Assembly (NCBI RefSeq): GCF_018977255.1
Contig: NW_024704743.1
Coordinates: 48,734,001-48,798,000, forward strand
Origin: Callorhinchus milii
Lineage: Eukaryota
DNA length: 64,000 nt
Direction of reading: 5' to 3'
Below, piece by piece: positions 1 to 11,385 of the stretch; position 1 is the stretch's first letter, and each line of letters opens with the position of its first letter. Below the pieces are notes generated by a model that saw nothing but the letters and a program-made list of their open reading frames with translations, made no database searches and had not been told where the DNA came from. Both the position numbers and the translations under genes were made by a program.

Positions 1-489
1 ATAACAATAACAAGACTGGTATGAAGTCAGTATCAAAGTCCCTAATATTTATAATAATAATAATCCTTGCATTTTGATATAGCGTTTTCCACATCTTGTA
101 GACGTCTCAAAGCGCTTCACAGAATATACTGTAAAGTGAATTGACTGCATGACCTGACCTCTGCTACCACTGTTTCTGTAGAGAACACAGAAATCAATGT
201 CTAATTATGGTGTGAGTTCACACAAGTGTCTGCTGTCAACTCACTACTTAAATAATCACCTCCAGTTATTTACTCATGTGTGGAATGCCATTTTGTTGTA
301 AGTTGCTGCAGCTCCCTTTGGAAGAGTTGGGGACTTATAAAAGTGTCACTGCGTGAACTGATATTGCCTTCAGTTTAGTGCCACAATATAAAATTGGCAT
401 AACTGAAGTTTGCAATAGTTCAGCAATTCAACATTGCCTTCCATTTTCCATCTTATCTCTCTAGCCTTGATCTTCTGCACTACTCCAAC

Positions 490-2143
490 CTAGCCCTCCA
501 ACCTGATCACCATTTCATCTCCCTCAACTCCCATATCCCTCTCCCCACTGCCTCCAAACCAACCACCATCTTCCACCGCCCGTGGAAGAAGATCTCCCCG
601 CAATCCCTCTCTGCTGCCCTGGAGTCCTCTGAACTCCTCCCCCTCTGGCCCACCTCTCGCACCAACCCACTTGGTGCGCTTACTCTTCTCCACAGCACCC
701 TCTCGACCACACTCGACGTCCTTGCCCCCCTCACCTCCCGAACTGCCTCCTATTCCCGATCCTCACCCTGGTTCACCAGCCACCTCTGCTCGCTTAAGGG
801 CCAGAAGTGGGCTGCCAAACCCACTTGGCTCAAATCCGGCTTAATGGTCCACCACCACATCTGGCTGGACCACATCAAGAACTACCACTCCGCTCTCACC
901 TCAACCAAATCATCCTCCTATTCCAGGTTAATCCTGGAGGTGAAGGCCAACCCAGGCTCCTGTTCTCCACCACCAACCGGCTCCTCCGCCCTCCCCGCCA
1001 TGCCTTGCCGATTCTTTCCTCTGACTCTCACTGTGGGAAAATGCTGGACTTCCTCGAGTTCAAAATTAAGGGAATCTGCTCAGCTGCCACTGCCCTCCCA
1101 ACTTCCACCCCTCCCTACCCCCACCCCACACAATTACCCATCCGACAATTACCCATCCCTCCTTCCACATCTTTGAACCTGTCAACCCCTCCTCTGTCTT
1201 CACCACCATAACCTCCATGAAGCCCACCACCTGGACCCCATCCCCACCCCTACTTAAATCCCAGCTCCACCTCCTTGCCCCACTACTTGCCAACATCATT
1301 AACCTCTCCCTGTCATCTGGCACTGTTCCTTCCCCCCTCAAGACAGCCACAATCTCCCCCCTTGAAGAAACTTTCCCTCGACCCATCGCAGCTATCTAGC
1401 TACCAGCCCATCTCAAATCTTTCTTTCCTATCCAAGGCCCTTGAGAGAGCCATTGCCTCCCAGCTTCGCTCTTTCCTCTCCTCTCATTCCCTCCATGACC
1501 CCCTCCAATCAGGTTTCCATGCTGCCCACGGAAACTGCTCTGGTCAAGGTCACAAATGAGATCCTGACCATGTGTGACCAGGGCTCCTTCTGCCTCCTCG
1601 ACCTCTCCGCCGCCTTTGACACCGTGGACCACTCAATCCTCCTCCACCGCCTCTCCTCCCACCTCAACCTTCAAGGTTCTGTCCTTGACTGGTTCAGGTC
1701 CTACCTTTCGCACCGCCTCCACTTCGTCGCAGCAAACGGCTTCTCCTCCAGCCCGTGCACCATCTCGTGCGGTGTTCCTCAGGGCTCTGTCCTCTGTCCC
1801 CTCCTCTTCACCCTCTACATGCTCCGCCTTGGTGACATCATCCTCAGACATGAGGTAAATTTCCACGTGTATGCAGTTGACATCCAACTCTACCTCTCTG
1901 CCTCCACCCTGAACTCCAGGACTACTGGCGTCCTGACCGACTGCCTGTCCGACATCAAGTCCTGGACGAGGGCCAACTTTCTCCAACTCAACATCAGCAA
2001 GACCGAGGCCCTCCTGATTGGCTCGCGCCAGCGCCTCCGCACCTCAGGCGCTGACAGCATCAGCCTCCACGGCTGCACACTCAACCTCACTAAGCCACTC
2101 AGGAACCTGGGTGTCTTGTTTGACCCTAATCTGTCCTTTCTCC
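490..2143 (+). mobile_element. L2-clade LINE ORF2 fragment (reverse transcriptase), frameshifted
   Basis: Translations contain [60 protein letters not shown] (degenerate YADD), NFLQLNISKTE and NLGVLFDPNLSF. Confidence 0.95.
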
Positions 2144-2619
2144 AAAACTATACTGCGCAGAAGGCCATTTGGCCCATTAAACCTGCACAGGCTCACAAAT
2201 CCCACTGCTCTGTGATTTTTTTTTACAATTTTGTGCAATCTAAAATATTGAGGGCAAATAGCCTTATAAACTAAGACCAAGTGGAATTTCGGGGCTAAGA
2301 CACTGAATATACATTACCTCCCCACCCAACCAGGTTCCAGCACCACACCAGTTTCACTTCAAAATCAGACACAATACTCGAAATGTGGCTTATCCAAGGT
2401 TTTATATAAATGGAATACACCACTGGACAGTGGTAAACTGAGATGGTACAAGATGAGCTGTCTCGGTTATTTATTTCAAAGCTAAACTTCACATTACTAT
2501 TTCTTGCTTGAATTAACAACAACAACCTGCATTTATATAGCGCCCTTCTCGTTGGGCAGCATCCCAGAGCATTTGGTTGGTTTTACCATCTCAGTATACC
2601 ACTGTCCAGTGGTGTACTC

Positions 2620-2945
2620 GATTTATATAAAACCTTGGTTACACCACATTTCGAGTATTGGGTTCACTTCTGATTACTACACTACAAAAAGGATATTCAG
2701 TAATATTGTTGAAGAAAGTACAGCATAGGTTTACTAGGATGATACCAGGCCTGACAGGTTACTGCTATCAGGATCGACTGGATAGTTTAGGCCTTTTTTA
2801 ACTAGAGAAGAGATGTTTAAGAGTAATAAATGCTAATCAAAGTGTTTAAAATTATAAAAGGGTTTGATAAGGTTAGCATAAACAAGCTGTTTCCACTTGT
2901 TAGCAAATCGTAACCAGGTGAATTAGGGTTGGAACAGCGTAGAAT
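2620..2945 (+). mobile_element. Decayed CR1 LINE 3' ORF2 fragment
   Basis: Degenerate LYKTLV.PH.EY, FTRMIPGL, YQDRLDSLGLF and FKIIKGFDKV motifs typical of the CR1 ORF2 C-terminus. Confidence 0.75.
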
Positions 2946-3467
2946 AGATAAATGAAAATCTGACCTATACCAATCCAATATAATTTCCTCATCAAATTTG
3001 CGAGACGTCTGAATTTGTTGCAATTGCTACCAACTGTACCATAGTGAAACTCTGATAACTCAACCCTAGGATAAGTCGTCAACCCCAAATAACACGTTAC
3101 TCACTCGATATCACAGCTATTTCCGGTAAGAAATGTTAATTATGATCCTTTGATAACTAGTCACTCTGGATATTTCATAAATCATCAGGTTTCACACTTT
3201 TAGCACAATGTTTCCATGTAGAATACTTCTGACAACTCGTCAATACACAAAGCAAATCGAGTTTCAACAAAGTATAAAGTGCCCAGGACTACATTTAATG
3301 TTTGAATAGCAAACAAAGATAAGATCATTTTGTATCTGTGGTCAATTTTACTGTGCATTATATTATCAGCTTGTTTGTAATTTATATATCCATGCAGTCG
3401 ATGTATACCAATTACTCTAACAGTATCCTGTATGCGTCTGTGATAATAATACTTGCATTTGATAAAG

Positions 3468-3978
3468 TGCCTTCACAAGCTGCAGATCATTCAAAACTCT
3501 GCAGCTTGTGTACTCTCACGCACCAGGCTCCGTAACCCCATCACTTCCACCCTCGCCCAACTCCACTGGCTCCCCATCCCCCAGAGGATCGAGTTCAAGA
3601 TCCTCGTCCTTACCTTTAAAGCCATCCATGGCCTTGCCCCCTCCTACCTCTGACCTGCTGTCTCCCTATGAGCCTGCCGGCTCCCTCCGTTTACCGGGCT
3701 CCGGCCTGCTCCATGTCTTCCGCCCGACTTTCAGCCTCTCTGCCCCCACACTCTGGAACTCCATCCCACGGTCCGTTTGCCTCACTTCCTCCCTTGCCTC
3801 CTTCAAGGTCGGTCTCCAGACCTTTCTCTTCGACAGTGCCTTTGGTCTCCCTCCCACCTCTCTGCCTTCCCTCACCCCTACATCACCCCCCCTCCCACCA
3901 CCTGACTGTTCAGAGCTTTGGGACGTCCTCCCGATGTGAAAGGCGCGCTATAAATGTAATTTTGTTGTTGTTGTTGTT
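3468..3978 (+). mobile_element. 3' end of an L2 LINE, likely the continuation of 490-2143
   Basis: LQIIQNSAA..LAQLHWLPIPQRIEFKIL..HGLAPSYL, then the L2 3' tail GAGCTTTGGGACGTCCTCCCGATGTGAAAGGCG..ATAAATGTAA and (TTG)n. Confidence 0.9.
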
Positions 3979-5204
3979 GCCTTATCACATCTGTGAGACG
4001 TCTCGAAGAGCTTCACAGGATATACTGTGAAGTGAATTGACTGGATATATTGTGGGCAAAACACAAACAGTCATGGATTGAGTTATCCAGTTTCTTACAT
4101 TTGTGCACTTTTGCAAGCATTTTGAATTTATAAAAAAAATGTACCTGCACAAACGTTTGGTGGGAGATAACAATATCTAAAGAAAATTTTATATTCAATT
4201 AAATATCTTATGCCATTGTATTGGGTATTCAAATCAATGTCTTCACTGTCTGATACAGCATATATACATATTGCATGATAAAATGTTTATGCATCAGTGG
4301 CCATACTGATTATTAAATAAAGCATTGCCACAGAGTGGTTCATTTATATAGGATGGCTAATAGAAATGATACTTCGGATAACTCAACTCCGAGTTGTCAT
4401 TTGAGCTATTTCCCTTGGGGTGACGAGTTATCAGTTTCACTGTGTTTCTTTGGCCTGACTTTCCTTCTTCATCTTAACTTCCTAATTTTTAAATTTGTGT
4501 CTTCTGAAGCCTTAGTGATATTATGTCATCGACATCATTAGAGAAACAATAAAGTGTGAAAGTTAATCAAAAAGATCACAAATTCAAGACCATCAAAACA
4601 TTTGGAGCTGTGCTTATAAATAAACTACATTTTGATCCAAAATGAGTGAGTTTAGCTCTTAGTGAATTGACACTAAATTGAGAGTTACATTATGTAATAC
4701 CAGCAGTTAATCTAGAAAAATCAAAGTTGAAGTTTAGAGACTTAATCCTGATATCAAAAGTGCTGTTTCAAATGCAAGCATTATTATTATACAACACCCA
4801 AGCATAAAGCCTAGTCTTCATTTAGTTTGTTGAACTTTTAAAAGTTTACCAAGCTTGCACTGCAGACTTCATGACACTCGGTTTGCTCCATGAGGACTGG
4901 ACTCGCTCTTGTGCCTTGCCAAAGTGGCCATTCTTCAGGCAGGCAGGTAGGTAGTGAATGCAGGCTCTTCCACTGCCAAGGGGGGATCAATAATTGAACC
5001 CAATTCTTCCCTCACTTAACCTTCTTTATACATCCACTTTAAAACAGGAACACATTCAGAAAGAAATCCATAACAATGCTTAAGTATAGATTGAGAGTTT
5101 TACATACATCACATATACACAGCAATTTACATGTCTGGAATGCAATAAAGATTCTCTCCTGAGAGCCATGCACCCAGTTTATCTAATCCCACAAGTATTA
5201 ACTG

Positions 5205-5780
5205 CAACAACAGCAACAACAAAATTACATTTGTATAGAGCCTTTCACGTCGGGAGGATGTCCCAAGGCGCTGGACATATAAAGCTGGGGGTCAGGATCG
5301 GGGAGGATGGAGGGCAGAGGTGGGGGGGGTAGGGAAGCAGGGTGATCGAAAGCACGGTCGAAGAGGAGGGTCTTGAGATGGGTCTTGGAAGGAGGCAAGC
5401 GAAGGGGTGAGACGGAGGGATTGCGGGATGGAGTTCTAGAGGGTGGGGGCAGAGTGGCAGAAGGCCTGCCCCCCAATAGTGGGGCAAGTAAGGAAGGGGG
5501 ATGTGAAGCAGGCTGGAGCCCACTGAGTGGAAGGAGTGGGCCAGATGGTAAGAGGATAGGAAGTCACAGAGGTGGGGGGAGCAAGACCATGGAGGGCTTT
5601 GAGGGTGAGGACCAGGATCTTGAACTGTATCCTCTGTGTGATGGGAAGCCATTGGAGTCGGGCGAGCATGGGGGTGGTGGGGTCACAGAGCCTGGTGCGG
5701 GAGAGCACACAGGCTGCAGAGTTCTGGATGGTCTATGGAGGGAGGAGTTGGGGAGGCCGACAAGCAGGGCGTTTGCATAT
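5205..5780 (-). mobile_element. L2 LINE 3' fragment
   Basis: Minus-strand LARLQWLPITQRIQFKILVL..HGLAP; L2 3' tail and (CAA)n at the left end. Confidence 0.9.
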
Positions 5781-6454
5781 TGTTATAGTATATTATAGTA
5801 ATAATACGATAATAAATGCAGGTTGGCAAGAGCCAAGTGTTTGGGAACTGCTAAGTTTTAACCAACTAAAAATACATTGCTCACCTACATGAGCACTGTC
5901 TGGCAAACTTCCCGCTGCTTGTCCAGGTAGGAACACCCTACCTGTTGCAGTTTAGCTATGCAGAGTTAACAGGAGCTGAATGGAAAGAATCCCTCTCTCT
6001 CCAAGTCCCGGTCACTGAGGGAAGGGATTCCCAGTCACTGGCCTTGACACAATCCGGCAAGTTGTAGTGATGCCCTGTCTGAGTTTAGTTGACTCAGCAC
6101 TAACCAGGGTTGGGGAACCCGGAACCTTCCCGCTCTGTGAGGCCGGCTTTCATCACACCGGGCTCTCCACGTGACCGCCCGAACCCGAGCAGCAGCGGAG
6201 GATGGGCTTTTATTTTCTTTCCCCGCCCCCCCAAAAAAAAGAGTCACGTCCGAATAATCCTTGGGTTCGATCTTGCGCCTCACCGCGCTGGTGGCCCCGT
6301 CCCGAAGGCGTGCGTGCGTGCCGCTGCGGAGCGCAGCGACGGGCGTCGGTGGGCAGACAGCGAAACGATGCAGAGAGAAAAAAAGAAAGGGGGGGGAGAG
6401 GGAGAGGGAGAGGGGAGGTGAGCAAAGCGTGAGAGAAGCCATAGTGCGGTGACC

Positions 6455-6946
6455 TCCCTCCCCATCCCCATCCCCTCCCTCTCCATCCCCATCCCCTCCC
6501 TCTCCCTCCCCATCCCCATCCCCATCCCCTCCCTCCCCATCCCCTCCCTCCCCATCCCCCTCCCTCCCCTCCCCCTCCCTCCCCATCCCCTCCCTCCCCA
6601 TCCCCTCCCCTCCATTCCCATCCCCTCCCTCCCCATCCCCTCCCTCTCCATCCCCTCCCCTCCATCCCCATCCCTCCCCTCCTCCCATCCCCTCCCCCTC
6701 CATCCCCATCCCCTCCCTCCCATCCCCATCCCCTCCCTCTCCATCCCCCTCCCCTCCCATCCCTCCCTCTCCATCCCCCCCCTCCCTCCCCATCCCCTCC
6801 CTCTCCATCCCCATCCCCTCCCCTCCCATCCCCCTCCCTCTCCCTCTCCATCCCCCTCCCCTCCCCTCCCCTCCCCCTCCCCTCCCTCCCCCATCCCCTC
6901 CCTCTCCATCCCCCTCCCATCCCTCTCCATCCCCCTCCCCTCCCCT
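6455..6946. repeat. Polypyrimidine low-complexity repeat built from CCATCCCCTC/CCTCC units
   Basis: About 490 bp of almost only C/T with periodic CCAT. Confidence 0.95.
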
Positions 6947-7204
6947 CTCACTGCGGGCCGCCAGCAAACATTGCCAGGCACAACCTCCGACCTCGGCGGG
7001 CGGCAGCCAATGAGCGTCGGGTTCGTCCCCAAACCCCAAATTTTTCCACGTCGGCAAAAGTCAAGATGGAAGTGGCGTGTGGGGCCGTCTGGGGAGGGCT
7101 GTCCGGGGCCGGGCCGGGGGGGGCCGGGCAGGGGGGGGATTGCACGGGGTGTGGGTGGGGTGTGGGGTGTGGGTGCTGGTGGGGGAGCCTTCAGCAGTGG
7201 GGCA

Positions 7205-7347
7205 CCCCCCGCGCCCTCCCCAACCCCCCGCGCCCTCCCCAACCCCCCGCGCCCTCCCCAACCCCCCCGCGCCCTCCCCAACCCCCCGCGCCCTCCCCAA
7301 CCCCCCCGCGCCCTCCCCAACCCCCCGCGCCCTCCCCAACCCCCCGC
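7205..7347. repeat. Minisatellite, about 7 copies of a 20-21 bp unit CCCCCC(C)GCGCCCTCCCCAA
   Basis: Direct tandem units visible. Confidence 0.95.
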
Positions 7348-7740
7348 ACAGCCAACCGGGCAGCGGCCAGAACATCGCCCTCTCAATGCAGACCCCGGCG
7401 ATGTGGCAGCGACGCACTCCCTTCACTTCACTCCACTCCACTTCACTCCACTCACCCACCGGAGGAGAGCGGCTGCTCGGCTGAGTTTGCAAAACGGGGT
7501 TTTCCTTCCAATTCCTTCCTTCCACTCTTTGCCTTTGCCTTTGCCTTTGCCTTAGCCACGGCCACGGCCACGGCCACGGAGGAGCATTTGCGAAACGTCA
7601 GGGTTACCCTCCTCCTCCTCCTCTTCCTCCTCCTCCTCTTCTTCCTCCTAAATCTTTCACTTTGGTAGGTTTCCTCGGAGCGTCTCGAGTGAGATCGGCA
7701 CATTACATGTGGGTGCTTTTTTTCCCCAGAGCTTGTGGAA

Positions 7741-8190
7741 GGGGTGGGGGGGGGGGGGTCGAGGAGGGGAGTGGGGGGTCGAGGAGGGGAGTGGGGGGTC
7801 GAGGAGGGGAGTGGGGGGTCGAGGAGGGGAGTGGGGGGGTCGAGGAGGGGAGTGGGGGGGTCGAGGAGGGGAGTGGGGGGGGTCGAGGAGGGGAGTGGGG
7901 GTCGAGGAGGGGAGTGGGGGGTCGAGGAGGGGAGTGGGGGGGATCGAGGAGGGGAGTGGGGGGTCGAGGAGGGGAGTGGGGGGGTCGAGGAGGGGAGTGG
8001 GGGGGTCGAGGAGGGGAGTGGGGGTCGAGGAGGGGAGTGGGGGGGATCGAGGAGGGGAGTGGGGGGTCGAGGAGGGGAGTGGGGGGTCGAGGAGGGGAGT
8101 GGGGGGTTTGAGTGGGGGGTCGAGGAGGGGAGGAGGGGGGGGTTGAGGAGGGGGGGTTGAGGAGGGGAGTGGGGGGGGTTGAGGAGGGGG
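7741..8190. repeat. G-rich minisatellite, about 20 copies of a 19-22 bp unit GGGGG(G)TCGAGGAGGGGAGT
   Basis: Direct tandem units that differ mainly in G-run length. Confidence 0.95.
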
Positions 8191-8418
8191 GAGTTTGCAC
8201 GAGGATGGACCATATGTTTTAAACCGATTGTAAATGTTGTGGTTCGCAGTGACTGTAACTCGGGTTCAGTCCGCGCTGCTCAGAGCCGCAACTTCAGTTG
8301 TGATGTACTGCTTTTTTAAGCTGAAAACTGCAAAACGTGAGACAAACTTTGTGTGTGAAAGCGCAAAATCTGTCGGGACGTCAACCCCCGGTACTGTAAG
8401 AGGCACAGCGACTGCGTC

Positions 8419-8449
<31 letters not shown>

Positions 8450-8762
8450 AAAAAGTTATATTTGTGATGGATTAACGTTAGTATTCCGCACGAAGTGACT
8501 GCAGAGCAGACTTTACATTTCCCGGTGTGTGAAAAATGTCGATTTGAACGGTCGCTGAAAATGTACCAACAATTTTAGAAACGCAATGCTCTCCGTCAGC
8601 GCCATCGTACACTCGTCCACGTTATGTCAGACGGCCTCTGGTTTTTTTTCTCCCCCCCACCCCCCCAACCCCCCCACCCCCACCCCACCCCCACCCCGTA
8701 CAGCTTCGGGAAACGGCAGCAGTTTCGTCCCCAAGGTGTGAATTCAGAGTTTAGTCTTTCAA

Positions 8763-8827
8763 GACAAAGTTCTGTAACACTTGGACTCTGAGTAAATGGA
8801 AGTCAGTGCACTACAGAACTTTGTTTC
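8763..8827 (+). ncRNA. mir148a: microRNA miR-148a precursor hairpin (5p arm about 8766-8787, mature 3p 8803-8824)
   Basis: 8803-8824 reads TCAGTGCACTACAGAACTTTGT, the miR-148a-3p sequence (seed CAGUGCA). The 5p arm AAAGTTCTGTAACACTTGGACT pairs with it. The loop region GACTCTGAGTA..GAAGTC resembles the tetrapod mir-148a loop. Confidence 0.95.
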
Positions 8828-9120
8828 GGGAGTCTGCACCACTGGGGGAGACCTGGACACAGCTGTGCACCGGTTCAGGCGATGCATATGCCACACTGGG
8901 GAGGGGGTCAGCCTTTTGGTGTCCACAACGAAGATGTCCTGCCTCAATCTTATCGCACCTGTGGTACCTTTTTTGCTTCACAAGTTGGATCGATTGAGAT
9001 TTCATCTCTGCACTTTTCATGTAATGTTTGTGGGCAGCAGCCCCTCAAGCCTGTTACTATATTTCGTTGTCTGTATCTCTCCAGCCTTACAGCAGTTGAT
9101 GATCTTTAGAAGCACTGCAG

Positions 9121-9449
9121 AATAATCCTTGCAATAGTAATCCTTGCGTTTTTGATGTCGCGCTTTTCGCGTCGGGAGGACATCCGAAAGCGCTTCACAG
9201 ATCGCACTGTAAAGTGAATTGACTGTGTATTTGTGGGCGAACGCGGCAGCCAATTGCGCACAGCTGTGTCCCACAAACAGTCGTAGATTGAAAATGACCA
9301 ATTTAATTATTGTTTTGGGTTTTTTTGGAGGGATTATTATTAGGCGTGTGGAGTAAGGAAACTTGCCCAAGGTTTCGCCCTCTGCCTGGAATTGAACTCA
9401 GGTCTCTCGCTTGCAAAACGAGTGCTCTAACCACTAAGCTACAGGACTC
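9121..9449 (-). mobile_element. Young tRNA-derived SINE (family A, short subfamily)
   Basis: tRNA-like head with A box (TAGCTCAGTGG-like) and B box (GTTCAATTCC), Deu-domain-like CTGTTTGTGGGAC..GCTGTGCGCAATTGGCTGCCGCGTT, L2-like tail, (TTA)n. Near-identical to five other copies. Confidence 0.92.
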
Positions 9450-10839
9450 AGTGAAAAGTCATTCTTTGGGTTAAAGCCCTGTACAGAGATTTGAAAACAA
9501 TATATAAAACAGCTATTATTAGGCTGCCACTTTTGGAGGTGTTTATTGAATATATTTGAATTTTATTTGCATATCCCCATTAAAATTCTTCAATTTTGCT
9601 CAAACTTTTGAAAGTAAATCATCATACTGTTCACTGGTGGCACTACTTCTATATTAATCTACAGGATACAGGAGGCCACTGTGTGAGTTGGAAAATGAGT
9701 TGTTTGACTTGACAAGTAAATCCTCGAGGGAACATTGCAGCTTCTATCTATATCCACAATCTCCTAATTATAACTTTAAGTGTACCAGAGCTCACTCACC
9801 CACTGTGTGGCATTACTGAGTGCAGTAATCAAGAATCAGTAACCTAAAAACTGGTCAGCAAAGCTAACTTTGTGGTGGACCAAAATGTAAAAAGAAATGC
9901 TTAACCCACAAATACATCTTCTCTTCTCCTTTCTTGGTAACCAGGAACGTTAAGAGTTCATCAAGTGATATTACAGCTGATTCAACATTAAATTCCAACG
10001 GTATATTTATTTGAAGGTGAGATCTGCTCAGTCGTGTCTTTTCTCCTCCCCTTTGTGATTTCCCACGTCATGTAGCTTCCACAAATGACTTGTTCACAGG
10101 CCTCAGAGGAGCTGCCACTGGGAGGGGCATGAAAAGTTCTGTACAGAGACTGTTTGATTTAATCTCCCTCTGGGGAGCCAAGCTGCCTGGTTTGTGATCA
10201 GCACCTACCCACAGTTTAACGGCTGAGAACAGGAATGTAATGCATGGAGAGGATGTGGGCACAAATCCACAGCTCACCACTAAGTGATACAGTGTGTTAG
10301 TAGTATTGCCTGGTTATTATTAATGTGTTGTTATTATTAGTATTGCCTGGTTATTATTATTATTAATGATTATTGTTGAGGTGCTCGTGTCTATTACTTT
10401 GTCTTTCGTTAACTTAACCTTTTATTAAAATGTTCTTTTGGTGTTCTCACTCTAATTTATTATGATAACTTTTTAAGCTGAGTATTAGGTTTGGAAGTTG
10501 TACAAGAACTTCTCAAAGACTACAGTTTTCAGCAGATATTCAATGTTATCACTAGTGCAGTTTTTTTGCTATAATGTGTAGTTTTAAAAAAAAAATTAAA
10601 CCTGCTTTGAAATTCCCAGACATTTGCCCTCTGAGTGGTGATTTGACCTGTGCCAAAATGACTTCAAGAAGCTGTAAGAGAGTAGTACCTGTTGATTTCC
10701 CCACTGTCTTGCGCAGAAATCTCTAGCCTCGACTTGTCACTTTCCCATTTGATGGCATGGCTCACTTGAGAACTTGAGTCACCAGACTCAGCCCTTGCTC
10801 TGCCTGAGAGGTGATCCAGTCAGCTGACTTGCTTGGCTT

Positions 10840-11385
10840 GTGGTGAAGATGTCACAGGGCGCTGGACAGTCAGGAGTTTTTGGACCCGAACTGGGAGTTG
10901 AGGTCAGGAGGGGTGGAGGGCAGAGGGGGTGAGGGTGGGAGGGTGTCCAAAGGCATGGTCGAAGAGGAAGATCTTTAGACGGGACTTGAAGGAGGCAAGA
11001 GAGGGGCTGAGGCGGAGGGATTGCAGGATAGAGTTCCAGAGTGTGGGGGCAGAGATGCTGAATGCCCGACCACCAATGGTGGGGCAGGAAGTCCGGGGGA
11101 CCTGAAGCAGGCCAGTGTCTGCCGAGCAGAGGGAGTGGACAGGCTGATATGGGGGGCCTTGAAAGTGAGAACGAGGGTTTTGTTCTTGATTCTCTGAGGG
11201 ATGGGGAGTCAGTGGAGCCAGGCAAGAACGCGGGTGATTGGTTCGCAGATCCTGGTGCGGAAGAGGACACAAGCTGCAGCGTTTTGAATAGTCTGCGGCT
11301 TGTGGAGGGAAGAGTTGGGAAGTCCAGCAAGCAGGCAGTTGGCGTAGTCAGGCTGGGACATGATGAAAGCGCTAATGAGGGCGAG
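10840..11385 (-). mobile_element. L2 LINE 3' fragment
   Basis: Minus-strand GGRAFSISAPTLWNS..SLASFKSRLKIFLF; same family as the 5205 copy. Confidence 0.85.

Larger units (their letters stand above)
6150..8700. promoter_or_regulatory. CpG-island promoter region, probable pri-miR-148a promoter, possibly bidirectional
   Basis: Sharp rise in CpG/GC content. Motifs: E-box CCACGTGAC 6167, CCAAT 7007, CCACGTC 7046, YY1-like CAAGATGG 7062 overlapping ETS GGAAGT 7068. Candidate + donor TTG|GTAGGT near 7664 and - donor GCG|GTGAGG at 6283. Confidence 0.7.

Noticed and set aside
1441..2274. 277 aa reverse transcriptase ORF as a functional gene
   Set aside because: It is a frameshifted, truncated L2 fragment with a mutated catalytic motif (YAVD).
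7741..8190. Regular repeat array superficially like CRISPR
   Set aside because: Units are contiguous with no unique spacers, the context is eukaryotic and there are no cas genes.
6035..8213. Many long Gly/Pro/Glu/Arg-rich ORFs (up to 368 aa) on both strands
   Set aside because: They arise from stop-free G/C tandem repeats in the promoter, are open in most frames and show no protein-like complexity.
8759..9125. Overlapping short ORFs around 8.8-9.1 kb
   Set aside because: They overlap the miR-148a hairpin and have no recognisable protein similarity.
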